Positions 1 through 8,601 of a stretch of 50,470 nucleotides of DNA are shown in pieces. Position 1 is the stretch's first letter. Every line of letters starts with the position of its first letter. The translations under genes and the position numbers were made by a program. Source of the stretch: Candidatus Adlerbacteria bacterium (GTDB lineage Bacteria > Patescibacteriota > Minisyncoccia > Phycocordibacterales > SBAW01); contig CAISEE010000043.1 of the NCBI GenBank assembly GCA_903884345.1, positions 1 to 50,470 of the forward strand, given 5' to 3'. The notes beneath the pieces are model-generated. The model worked only from the letters and a program-made list of their open reading frames with translations, was not told where the DNA came from and searched no databases.

Positions 1-61
1 AAAATTGCCATTCTTTTTGGTGCGCACAGACGCACACCTGGGACACTTTTTTTGTAGTCAT
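1..61 (-). mobile_element. 5' end of an IS transposase with an N-terminal Zn-ribbon (IS256-variant/IS1-like), partial, frameshifted at an A7 run
   Basis: Minus strand reads ATG ACT ACA AAA AAA G, then +1 frame CPRCASVRTKKNGNF (CxxC..KKNG transposase Zn-ribbon). TACAAT lies 6 nt upstream of the ATG. Runs off the window edge. Confidence 0.55.
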
Positions 62-131
62 ACCTTGATTGTAGCTGTTGCGTTGTGGTTGGGCCATGGT
101 GTGGCAAAACAGCCTCACATTTTCCCATTAA

Positions 132-446
132 GCCGATTTTTACTTCGAGTATTGGAGTCCAGAGCAAAAGCGAGTCGGACGGTACTTCCCAGACTTCCTT
201 GTTGAGACCTCAAAAGGGCGTTTCATCGTCGTGGAGGCGAAAGGAGGGAATGAGCAAGCCGACTACGAGGCAAACAAGAAATCCTACAAAGGCAAGCTCG
301 AAAATGTCACAAACGAGATTTTGGCAAAGGAAATTGGTTTTAACGATTTCCAGAGCATCAACAAGAACTTCGAGTACCGCCTTATTTTCAACGCCTCACT
401 CCAGCGCGAGCAGGTGCGGCTCTTTGAGGAACTAAAAAAGCGCTAA
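132..446 (+). pseudogene. C-terminal PD-(D/E)xK nuclease fragment of a type III restriction (Res)-like protein, 5'-truncated
   Basis: Frame 3 after the TAA at 129-131 reads ADFYFEYWSPEQKRVGRYFPDFLVETSKGRFIVVEAKGG (YxPDF...VEAKG). No start codon precedes the PD motif and the upstream DNA is IS-like. Confidence 0.65.
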
Positions 447-448
447 CT

Positions 449-964
449 ATGGCGAAAGAGCGGAAAATAATCACAGAGGATTTTGTACAAAGCTCTGTCA
501 TACGACATCTTAAGGTGAACGGGTGGAGCACATCGCTACAAAGTGCCGAACTGTGGGAGCAAGGCGTTGATATTAGGGTCCGTAACGACCGTTTTTCTCG
601 GTATTGGCTTATCGAAGCGAAAGGCGACCCGTCGGCAACGGTAAAAAGTCCATCAGGGAGTCAAAGCAGCAGTTTCAACTCCGCCGTGGGGCAAATTCTT
701 ACAAGAATGCACAGCAAAGGTGCTCGCGGATATAAGTACCGATATAAATACGGTATAGCTTTTCCCGTCTCGTTCAGAAAGATGGTCATGAGAAAAATGC
801 CTTTTGACGTGATGGACAAGCTTAACCTCTACCTCTTTTTTGTGGACGGTATAGGCAATGTTGAAGAAATTAAGTGGAACCAATTAAAAAAGGAGGGGCA
901 ATTGCAAAATAACCATGGTCCACATCACACCCGAATCCGTCGAACAGTGGCGCAAGACATTTAA
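449..964 (+). CDS. PD-(D/E)xK restriction-endonuclease-like protein
   Basis: E in the first helix, GVDI...LIEAKG motif, AVGQIL helix; AT-rich DNA. Confidence 0.65.
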   Translation: MAKERKIITEDFVQSSVIRHLKVNGWSTSLQSAELWEQGVDIRVRNDRFSRYWLIEAKGDPSATVKSPSGSQSSSFNSAVGQILTRMHSKGARGYKYRYKYGIAFPVSFRKMVMRKMPFDVMDKLNLYLFFVDGIGNVEEIKWNQLKKEGQLQNNHGPHHTRIRRTVAQDI

Positions 965-1121
965 GGAGCAGTACGGGGTAGACTACTCTGACCAAGAGGC
1001 GCGGGAGGCGGCGAGTAATCTTGTCGGGCTTTTTGACCTGCTTTTAAAGATGGACCGAAAGCAGCATCCAGAGAATTACGAACAGAAACAAAACAGTGAC
1101 ACGCAGAGTGGGGTAAAATAG
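915..1121 (+). CDS. small hypothetical protein
   Basis: 68 aa helical ORF (FKEQYGVDYSDQEAREAASNLVGLFDLL) resembling small proteins of CPR mobile islands. Confidence 0.6.
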   Translation: MVHITPESVEQWRKTFKEQYGVDYSDQEAREAASNLVGLFDLLLKMDRKQHPENYEQKQNSDTQSGVK

Positions 1122-1125
1122 TAAA

Positions 1126-1287
1126 ATGGACGAGGAGATGGAAATTGATGAGGCTCCCGAGGACGACGAAATACGGCGTCTGATGCAGGAGCACGATATT
1201 GACGCGGACACGGCACAAAAAGCCCAAGAGCTTATTGATGACGGTCTGGACGAGGACGAGGCTATCGAACTAGCTGACGAGATATAG
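1126..1287 (+). CDS. very acidic 53-aa hypothetical protein (not in ORF track)
   Basis: MDEEMEIDEAPEDDEIRRLMQEHDIDADTAQKAQELIDDGLDEDEAIELADEI; starts 4 nt after the previous stop. Confidence 0.65.
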   Translation: MDEEMEIDEAPEDDEIRRLMQEHDIDADTAQKAQELIDDGLDEDEAIELADEI

Positions 1288-1543
1288 TGAAATCAAAGGT
1301 GGGTATGTAGATTGTTGCATCATCCAACCGCTCAAAAACAGTTCGAACGTCCTCTACGACGGCACCCAAAATAGGAATTGAACTGATACGGTGTTGTGGT
1401 GACGGCGATTTTTAGTTCGAGTGTATCCGATATGAAAAAGAGAAGCGACCTTTGCTCTCGCATTGGTCGCTAGTACTTAGCTAAGCGTGTGCCGCACCTA
1501 CAAAGCAACACTCAAGGCGTTAATGTAGTGCTATACTTGCTGC

Positions 1544-2062
1544 ATGATTGAATGGTATAGAGTTACGTGGTATTCGCGTATCGGGGCGCTCTTTCTATTT
1601 TTAGTAGTTGTACCGGCATTGTGTTTGTATCTCGGTGAGCAGTATGGAGCGCTCGAAATGGAGCGTGCACCAATTGTGGCGGGAATGATTGAAAAAAACA
1701 TCGGCGCGAAGCTCAGTCCCGGTTTCGTGGAACTGCATTTCGGCACATTGGATAGTATGTCTACACAAAATAAAACCAGTGTCGTTGCGACGGTTACTGG
1801 TCCAAGCACTAAAGAAATTACAATATACACATCAGATGACCCTGGTGACGCACGAATACGAATACATGACGTGGTGACGGGCAAACAATGTGACACTGCC
1901 TACTATTTAGTCACGCGCGTTCTCCTTTTTGAACCTACTGAAACTATTGCGATTGTGTACCATTACAATGGGTCTAATAATTATGTGACCACAGTGGATA
2001 CTGCCACTTGTAAGCCAATAGGCTCGATTGGAACCTCGGTAGATCCATCTATAGAACGCTAA
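1544..2062 (+). CDS. membrane-anchored hypothetical protein
   Basis: N-terminal VTWYS plus TM helix; TATACT 6 nt upstream of the ATG. Confidence 0.7.
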   Translation: MIEWYRVTWYSRIGALFLFLVVVPALCLYLGEQYGALEMERAPIVAGMIEKNIGAKLSPGFVELHFGTLDSMSTQNKTSVVATVTGPSTKEITIYTSDDPGDARIRIHDVVTGKQCDTAYYLVTRVLLFEPTETIAIVYHYNGSNNYVTTVDTATCKPIGSIGTSVDPSIER

Positions 2063-2096
2063 ATATATTTGCCAAAAAAATACAATCATAAATACT

Positions 2097-2315
2097 ATGG
2101 ATACCAATGCAGGCCAAAATGTCACCGTGTCGCCTCGCGCGACGAAGAGCATTATTGTAATCGGGTTTATCATCGTTATACTCGCAATCCTCCTTCAAAG
2201 CTACATATTTTTGTGTGGCCGCCCGAATCGCCCCGGAATCCTAAACGGCGTTCTCGGTGCTTCGATTCAACGAACACCAAACCAATTTTGCGACGGCGCA
2301 TCTCGACTGTTTTGA
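2097..2315 (+). CDS. small single-TM hypothetical protein
   Basis: 72 aa, hydrophobic helix IIVIGFIIVILAILL, Cys pair. Confidence 0.5.
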   Translation: MDTNAGQNVTVSPRATKSIIVIGFIIVILAILLQSYIFLCGRPNRPGILNGVLGASIQRTPNQFCDGASRLF

Positions 2316-2394
2316 CCTATGCTCCACTAGCTTTCGAGATAGTTGCCATTGTTTGCAGTTGTTGACCGCAGCGTTGAAAGGGCGTATATACTGC

Positions 2395-2985
2395 ATGCAT
2401 CAGATGCTCGGCAGACATGCGCTACAGCTGAATATGTGGATTGTTCTCGTGGCGCTGGGTTGCTACCAGCTCTATTTGCAGTGGCACCTGCGGGGCGGGG
2501 AGGGATTCAAAGAGGGGTTTATCAAAAACCTGCAGGTGTTAACCGGCATCCCGGCACTCGTATTCCTCGGTGTGTACCTTATCGACCCCACCGAGATTGG
2601 CTACGTCTTCGTGCACATTCCACACCTTCTTCGACTTGTGGGGCTTGTGCTGTTTAATGGCGCGGGGCTCCTTATCGTGTGGTCACATGTGACGCTCGGC
2701 CGGTTTTGGTCGGGCGATCTTGAGACACGCGCGGATCATCGGGTGATAGATACCGGTCCGTACCATTATGTGCGCCATCCACTCTACGCCAGCTACCTCT
2801 ACATGACGCTCGGGCTCTTTTTGATGACCGGCAACTGGCTGGTCGGCGGCTCGATGCTGCTCTACTTCACAGCGGTCGCCGCACGCTGTGGCAAAGAAGA
2901 AGAGATGCTCCTGTCGCGCCTCGGTGCTCCGTACGCGCACTACATGCGCCGCACGAATCGTTTTATTTTTGGGAAGGTTCGGTAG
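2395..2985 (+). CDS. isoprenylcysteine carboxyl methyltransferase (ICMT/PEMT) family membrane protein
   Basis: LGRFWS, HRVIDTGPYHYVRHPLY, EEEMLL..LG..Y..Y motifs; start chosen at the ATG following a -10-like box. Confidence 0.88.
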   Translation: MHQMLGRHALQLNMWIVLVALGCYQLYLQWHLRGGEGFKEGFIKNLQVLTGIPALVFLGVYLIDPTEIGYVFVHIPHLLRLVGLVLFNGAGLLIVWSHVTLGRFWSGDLETRADHRVIDTGPYHYVRHPLYASYLYMTLGLFLMTGNWLVGGSMLLYFTAVAARCGKEEEMLLSRLGAPYAHYMRRTNRFIFGKVR

Positions 2986-3024
2986 GTCTTTTTTTTGCTA
3001 CTCGTCCTCCCTGAACCACATCTC

Positions 3025-4128
3025 TTAGTGCGCAAACCGCAATAGCAGGTATGGCTTCTCGCGAGGGCATGCTGCGTTGCCAAAGATGGAGAACAGACGA
3101 CGTTTCCATTTTGGCTGATCTTGGATTGGGTATGTAATCTCTATGTCTGGATGTGCCGCAAGGAGCGCTGCTTTGGTAGGGAAGTGCTCGACGGATGCGA
3201 CAATGCGCTCGAATGCGGGGATGGGCACCTGTTTGAATGAGACGCCGCTTCGCTTGCAGACCACCGTGTGTCCGGGCAGTATCTCCTCCTCGTCTACATC
3301 GTCGCTCATGCGGGCATCGTAGTTGCGTTCGTGGCTGGCGAGCTGCGCATATTCTTTCATGTGGATCGCGTGGTAGCGCAGGGTGTGGCAGGTACCATCC
3401 CAGACAGGGTGATTCTTTTTCATGAGCCTGGTGTAGTCGTTGAGCGGGTAGGTCAGGGTCTTCGTGTATTCGGGGTGCAGGTCAAGCCAGCTCGAAATAT
3501 CGGTGTAGGTGATGCCGTGAAAGCCGAATTCGCCGTTCCAACTGACGCAGCGATGGTCGCCTTCTTTGCTGAAGCACGCGGCGACCGTTTCGGGTGCGAA
3601 TCGCATCCCAACGGCTTCGAGTGTTGGTCGTGCTGTTTTGCAGATCCAGACATCCTCCGGGTGCACTGTGCCACCAATTGTTTTGTAGTGGCCAGCCATG
3701 GAATCGAGCAGTCGTTTGCTGCGAAGGCTAAACCCGCCGTTTCCGACGCGCAACCCGCGCAGGTGATACCACGGTGCACCGATGTAATCGTACTCAAGAA
3801 ACTCGTCGCTCCACGCATTAGGATTGAGGACGAATCCATCGTACTGAAAAATGAGCGCGAACTCAGTATCGACATATGCGGCCATCGAGGTGATGCAAAA
3901 CTCCGAGTACTCCTTGACCGACCGTATGGCAGGGATAGAAAAGACTCGCGGGTCACTGCTCGGGATCGACGAGAGCAACTTCACCGCCTCAAACGACAAG
4001 CCGAGTTCACAGATGTCGGCGGCCTGGATGAGGCGGTCGATGTCGACGCAATCGACCCCAATAAGCGTGACATTTGCTAAGTGTTTCTTCACTCTCACAT
4101 AGTACCCCTTATACTCGCGTATGAACAT
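3025..4128 (-). CDS. DUF5672 (glycosyltransferase-like) protein with a C-terminal extension
   Basis: LIFQYDGFV, YDYIGAPW, VGNGGFSLRS, PED, FGFHG motifs; start codon uncertain. Confidence 0.8.
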   Translation of the reverse strand: MFIREYKGYYVRVKKHLANVTLIGVDCVDIDRLIQAADICELGLSFEAVKLLSSIPSSDPRVFSIPAIRSVKEYSEFCITSMAAYVDTEFALIFQYDGFVLNPNAWSDEFLEYDYIGAPWYHLRGLRVGNGGFSLRSKRLLDSMAGHYKTIGGTVHPEDVWICKTARPTLEAVGMRFAPETVAACFSKEGDHRCVSWNGEFGFHGITYTDISSWLDLHPEYTKTLTYPLNDYTRLMKKNHPVWDGTCHTLRYHAIHMKEYAQLASHERNYDARMSDDVDEEEILPGHTVVCKRSGVSFKQVPIPAFERIVASVEHFPTKAALLAAHPDIEITYPIQDQPKWKRRLFSIFGNAACPREKPYLLLRFAH

Positions 4129-4160
4129 GACTGGAAACGCTTGCACTACACTTTCGGCAT

Positions 4161-4191
4161 AAAATAACCCGCCCCTGGTGAGGGGGGCGGA
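4161..4191 (-). terminator. intrinsic terminator
   Basis: Minus strand CCGCCCC..GGGGCGG stem followed by GTTATTTT, downstream of the 4235-4507 ORF. Confidence 0.55.
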
Positions 4192-4234
4192 GTTTCGCGA
4201 GCGTTTGTCTGATACGGTGCCGCACAGGGTGCCG

Positions 4235-4507
4235 TTAGAGCGAGGATGGTCCCAACCACTCCTGCAACTCAAGAAAGAGCGGGTTTGAATCATCGCCCAG
4301 CGGCGTGGTAATCGGCAGTTTCGCTGCCACTCGTGCCGGGACGTTTTGTTCCTCGCAAATCGCTCTTCGCAGAGCCTTGGTGCGCCGTTTGAGCGTCACC
4401 GAGAAGCCGTTGTTGGCACCTGCAAGAATCGCCCGCGCGTGTGCGCCGGCCAGCGTATCGAGCAAGTCTTTGATGGTGGCGCGTTGATGTTCCATTGCTA
4501 CGTACAT
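4235..4507 (-). CDS. hypothetical protein
   Basis: 90 aa ORF filling the gap and followed by a terminator; start may be the second Met. Confidence 0.5.
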   Translation of the reverse strand: MYVAMEHQRATIKDLLDTLAGAHARAILAGANNGFSVTLKRRTKALRRAICEEQNVPARVAAKLPITTPLGDDSNPLFLELQEWLGPSSL

Positions 4508-4643
4508 CTCCCAGAAGTTGTGCAGCTAGTGTAGAAGGGTAGCAGGGTGTTCGTGGGTGGACGATTAAAAAACCTGCGTCTTCATGAAGTGTGCCTGGCA
4601 GGTGTGCATAGAGTGTGCGCGACCGTGCGGTATAGTTACGAGT

Positions 4644-5708
4644 ATGCGTACCATACCCACTCTACTCATTGGCCTCGCCATAACCGCCTCGGTGTTTCTT
4701 GCCGTGCCCAGCGCCGCGCGTGCGTCGTCGCTCACGGCGGCACAGACGGAGGCGATCGTCTCGCTCCTGCAATCCTTCGATGTCAGTGCCGACACGGTGG
4801 CCCAGGTGCGGGCGATTCTTGCCGGGACCACTGTGGCGACGACGGGGAGCGCCGTGCAACGCAGCTGCCCGGCGCTTTCCAACCGCCTTGCCACGGGCTC
4901 GACCGACCAGGGGAGCAATGGCGAGGTCTCACAACTGCAACAGTTTCTTGGTGGGACCGTGTCGGGCTACTTTGGCCCTGCAACCAAGGCGCTGGTAGGT
5001 GCCTGGCAGGCGTCAAATGGAGTCGTGTCGGCAGGGGATCCCAACTACGGCGTCGTGGGGCCGCTCACGCGCGCCACCATCGCCAATGCCTGCGCGACCT
5101 CATCGACCGCAATCGTACCGCGGCCCAGTGTCGCCGCGACCGAGCCGCAGGCCCAGACGCCGGCGGAGATTCTTGCGGCCGCGCGTGCAACGCAGACAGC
5201 CACGACGCTCACGTCGCCGTTTACGATTTCGACCACCACCAAAACCATCGTGCTCCCGCGCTCGGGCGCGATCGCCACATCGACCATGGTAGAGCTTCGC
5301 GCGATGGCGCGGGCAAACCTTGCGGCGCTCGGATCAATCACCGTCGCCCCCAGCACCTTGGCGGGTATCAAGGCAGCGATCATCGCCGCAGTGACCGCGC
5401 ACAAAGCGACCATGCTCTCGGGGGATATCGCCGCAATCACCGCCGTGCAATCACAGTGGTTGCCACGTAGCGCGAGTGCGGCGGTCGTCGCAAAAGGGCC
5501 GACCGACGCGATGCGGTTAGCGGCCGCGGCGGCCGCGGCAAAGGACGACGACTTCATGCTCACGTCGGTGCTCGCGTCGAGCACGACCGCCTGGACGGTG
5601 GTCAACGATAAGATGGTGACCATTCAGTACCAAAGCGGTGGAGACGTCGCGCAGCGCTTTTTCATCAACATGAATGGTTTGTGGACGTTTATTAATGCGA
5701 GCATGTAA
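4644..5708 (+). CDS. secreted peptidoglycan-binding domain protein
   Basis: Signal peptide; LATGSTD..GEVSQLQQFL..GYFGPATKALV..WQ..GVVGPLTRA is PG_binding_1-like. Confidence 0.8.
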   Translation: MRTIPTLLIGLAITASVFLAVPSAARASSLTAAQTEAIVSLLQSFDVSADTVAQVRAILAGTTVATTGSAVQRSCPALSNRLATGSTDQGSNGEVSQLQQFLGGTVSGYFGPATKALVGAWQASNGVVSAGDPNYGVVGPLTRATIANACATSSTAIVPRPSVAATEPQAQTPAEILAAARATQTATTLTSPFTISTTTKTIVLPRSGAIATSTMVELRAMARANLAALGSITVAPSTLAGIKAAIIAAVTAHKATMLSGDIAAITAVQSQWLPRSASAAVVAKGPTDAMRLAAAAAAAKDDDFMLTSVLASSTTAWTVVNDKMVTIQYQSGGDVAQRFFINMNGLWTFINASM

Positions 5709-5736
5709 CTCGTCGTTCGCGTTATACTAACCTTTT

Positions 5737-6225
5737 ATGACCAAACAACCGAAATTAAAATTGCGGGAGACCGCGCTCTCGATCACCCGATGGGTTGGGT
5801 CGCTCCAGTCGATCGTGGTGCATACGTTTTTGTTTTTAGCGTGCTTCGGCGCGGTGGTGACGGGTGTGCTGCAGTTTGATCGGATGCTTTTGGTGCTCAC
5901 GACGGTGGTTTCGCTCGAAGCGATCTACCTCTCGATTTTCATTCAGATGACGATCAACTACACGACGGCGCACCTCGAAGAAGTGGGGCAGGACATTGAT
6001 GAGATTCAAGAGGACATCGGCGAAATCCAAGAGGACGTCGACGAGATTCAAGAAGACGTGGATGAAATCCAAGAAGACGTCGACGAGCTTCAAGAGGATA
6101 TCGAGGAGATCGCCGAGGACGATAAAGAGGGGGATGCCCTGGCAGCGGCACACGAGAAGCGACTCCAAGACATCCACGCCGTGCTCCAGCGGCTCACCAG
6201 CGAGATTGAAAGGATGCAGAAGTAG
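5737..6225 (+). CDS. DUF1003 family membrane protein with acidic coiled coil
   Basis: WVGS, LTTVVSLEAIYLSIFIQM motif; heptad repeats. Confidence 0.8.
   Translation: MTKQPKLKLRETALSITRWVGSLQSIVVHTFLFLACFGAVVTGVLQFDRMLLVLTTVVSLEAIYLSIFIQMTINYTTAHLEEVGQDIDEIQEDIGEIQEDVDEIQEDVDEIQEDVDELQEDIEEIAEDDKEGDALAAAHEKRLQDIHAVLQRLTSEIERMQK
5992..6117 (+). repeat. about 6 degenerate 21-bp coding tandem repeats (DVDEIQE)
   Basis: gac(a/g)t.ga.ga.at.caaga. repeated in frame. Confidence 0.85.
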
Positions 6226-6268
6226 CAGGGTTCACCACAAGTGCACCGATTATTCGTAGGGTTAAGCA

Positions 6269-6745
6269 ATGCGTATGACGGACACCGCAAAGACTAAGAT
6301 CACCGAAGCGACGCGCGGGTTCTTCTCGGAATTTAAGACGTTCGCGATCAAGGGCAATGCCATGGATTTGGCGATTGCGGTCGTCGTGGGCAACGCGTTC
6401 ACGGCGGTCATTAACTCACTGGTCTCCGACATCATCACGCCCGCGCTCGGGCTCGTGACGGGCAACGGCATGACCGATGTCAAAACACTCTCGGTCACGC
6501 TGCGCGAGGCGCACGCGGGGATGGGTACGTCGACGCCGCCGCTCCTCTTGCACTACGGGTCGTTCATTCAGACCTCGATCAATTTCCTCATCATCTCGCT
6601 CTCGATCTTCGTCGTGTTCAAGGGGATCTCGAGCGCACGTCAAAAGCTCTTTCGCCAGGGTGAGGAGGCGGTCCCGGCGCACGAAAAACCAGCACAGGAG
6701 CGCCTTTTGGAGGAGATTCGTGATTTGCTGAAGGAGGGGAAGTAA
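6269..6745 (+). CDS. mscL: large-conductance mechanosensitive channel
   Basis: EFKTFAIKGNAMDLAIAVVVG, YGSFI, LLEEIRDLLK. Confidence 0.96.
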   Translation: MRMTDTAKTKITEATRGFFSEFKTFAIKGNAMDLAIAVVVGNAFTAVINSLVSDIITPALGLVTGNGMTDVKTLSVTLREAHAGMGTSTPPLLLHYGSFIQTSINFLIISLSIFVVFKGISSARQKLFRQGEEAVPAHEKPAQERLLEEIRDLLKEGK

Positions 6746-6761
6746 GTTACCATTTTACTAT

Positions 6762-7457
6762 ATGCAATTGAAAAAATGTAAGGTCTCGACATCGACCGCG
6801 ATCATGATTGCGGGCCTGCTCGTTGCCGGTGCGATTATCTTCGTCAATGTCCGTGAGCAAAAAGCGGGTGCCCTCGGTGGCGGGGAAAACGTGCCGGCCG
6901 CTGCCGCCGATCTCTCGAAGGCGCGCCCGCCGTCCGCGACCGACCACGTGTCGGGCACCGTCGGCGCGCCCATCGTCATGATCGAGTACTCTGACTTCGA
7001 GTGCCCGTACTGCTCGATGGTCTACCCGACGCTCAAGCGCATCGTCGCAGAATCAAATGGCCAGATTGCCTGGATCTACCGCAACATGCCGCTCACAACA
7101 ATCCACGCGGATGCTGAGCCTGCGGCCGAGGCCGCCGAGTGCATCGCCGACGAGGCGGGGAACGCGGGCTTCTGGAAGTTCGCCGACGACATCTTCGGCA
7201 ATCAAAGCGCACTCTCGAGCACACGCTACGCGGCACTCGCCAAAGCGGCCGGCGCTGACCCTGCGAAGTTTGCCGCCTGCACCGCCTCGCATCAATTCAA
7301 GGACAAGATCGCGACCGATTCGGCCGAGGCACAAAGCTTGGGTGCCCAAGGGACGCCGTACATCCTCATCATCAACACCAAGACCAAGAAGTCGGCCATC
7401 GCGCCGGGTGCACTCAAGTACGACGATCTTCTCCAGTTGGTGAAGTCGGTGCAATAA
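6762..7457 (+). CDS. DsbA/thioredoxin-fold disulfide oxidoreductase
   Basis: EYSDFECPYC active site, GTP cis-Pro motif, N-terminal TM. Confidence 0.92.
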   Translation: MQLKKCKVSTSTAIMIAGLLVAGAIIFVNVREQKAGALGGGENVPAAAADLSKARPPSATDHVSGTVGAPIVMIEYSDFECPYCSMVYPTLKRIVAESNGQIAWIYRNMPLTTIHADAEPAAEAAECIADEAGNAGFWKFADDIFGNQSALSSTRYAALAKAAGADPAKFAACTASHQFKDKIATDSAEAQSLGAQGTPYILIINTKTKKSAIAPGALKYDDLLQLVKSVQ

Positions 7458-7475
7458 TCATAATTTTTCGAGCCT

Positions 7476-8270
7476 ATGAACACGTTTTTCGAAGGCAAGC
7501 TCGGTGACTACACGCGCAAAGGTTTGTTGGCGGCGGTCGTGATGATTGCGCTCTCCTACGGCGTCTCGTCGGTTGAAAGCATCGTGAATCTCTCGCACGC
7601 AGACTATACGCACGGTTCGATCACCATTACGGGTCACGGTGAAGTGCTCTCGGTCCCCGATATCGCGACGTTCACGTACTCGGTCGTGGCCGACAAACCG
7701 ACCGTTGCCGACGCGCAAGCAGAGGCGTCGCAGACCGCAAACACAATCGCCAGCTACCTCAAAGCTGCCGCCGTGGCTGATGCGGATGTGCAGACCACCG
7801 ACTACTCGGTCAGTCCGCAGTATGACTACGTGCAACCCCCTTGCACCACGGGTACCTACTGCCAGGGTAAGCAGGTGCTCAAGGGCTACGAGGTGCGCCA
7901 GTCGACCAAGGTCAAGGTTCGTGACACCGCCAAGGCGGGTGAGCTTTTGGCCGGTGTGGGCACTAAGGGTGCGACCGAAGTCAGCGGTCTCTCATTTACC
8001 TTCGACGACCCGTCCATCGCACAGGGGCAGGCCCGCGAGAAGGCGGTCACGGATGCCAAAGTGAAGGCCGAGAAGCTCGCCCAGTCGCTGGGTGCGCACC
8101 TGGGCAGCGTCACCTCGTTTGACGAGAACCTCGCCGGTTCGAACACCAACCCCGTCCCGATGTACGCCAAGGCGGTGGGTGCCGGCATGAGTGATGCGGT
8201 CGCGCCCCAAATTGCGGCCGGCCAAAACACGGTGGACGACGACGTTACCATTACCTACGAAATTCGCTAA
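7476..8270 (+). CDS. SIMPL (DUF541) domain protein
   Basis: ITITGHGEVLSVPDIA, SVSPQYDY, AREKAVTDAKVKAEKLA. Confidence 0.92.
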   Translation: MNTFFEGKLGDYTRKGLLAAVVMIALSYGVSSVESIVNLSHADYTHGSITITGHGEVLSVPDIATFTYSVVADKPTVADAQAEASQTANTIASYLKAAAVADADVQTTDYSVSPQYDYVQPPCTTGTYCQGKQVLKGYEVRQSTKVKVRDTAKAGELLAGVGTKGATEVSGLSFTFDDPSIAQGQAREKAVTDAKVKAEKLAQSLGAHLGSVTSFDENLAGSNTNPVPMYAKAVGAGMSDAVAPQIAAGQNTVDDDVTITYEIR

Positions 8271-8335
8271 CATGGAGCCCCGTGTCGCCACCACCTCCCG
8301 CACTCGATGGGGAGGTGGTGGGTCGACCGGGCGTG

Positions 8336-8364
8336 TTGACAAGGGCTTTCTTGGGGAGTATGAT
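8336..8364 (+). promoter_or_regulatory. sigma70 promoter of secE-nusG
   Basis: TTGACA-17 nt-TATGAT. Confidence 0.75.
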
Positions 8365-8412
8365 ATATGTCATTAAGGGCCCGCGAGGGCTTTTAAAAAT
8401 GCCTAAAAATTT

Positions 8413-8583
8413 ATGCCCAACTATTTTAAAGAAGTGAAAGGTGAGATGAAGCACGTGTCGTGGCCGACCCGAAGCCAGGCCTTGGTCTACACCGGTGTCG
8501 TTATCGGGGTGTCGCTCGCGACCGCCGCATACCTGGGCGGCTGGGATTACCTTTTTTCGGCGCTCATCCAGAAAATAATCTAA
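8413..8583 (+). CDS. secE: preprotein translocase subunit SecE (not in ORF track)
   Basis: MPNYFKEVKGEMKHVSWPTRSQALVYTGVVIGVSLATAAYLGGWDYLFSALIQKII; lies directly before nusG. Confidence 0.95.
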   Translation: MPNYFKEVKGEMKHVSWPTRSQALVYTGVVIGVSLATAAYLGGWDYLFSALIQKII

Positions 8584-8601
8584 CCATTAGCTACAAGTAC
8601 T

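Noticed and set aside
1290-1530. Attachment site or tRNA remnant at the islet boundary
   Set aside because: Only a short GCGACC/GGTCGC inverted repeat; no tRNA 3' end or direct-repeat partner visible.
5992-6117. 21-bp repeats as CRISPR or a non-coding VNTR
   Set aside because: No spacers, and third-position variation shows a coding heptad repeat.
8275-8412. tRNA-Trp, often found before secE
   Set aside because: No cloverleaf or TTCGA T-loop; only a hairpin (8288-8321) and a promoter are present.
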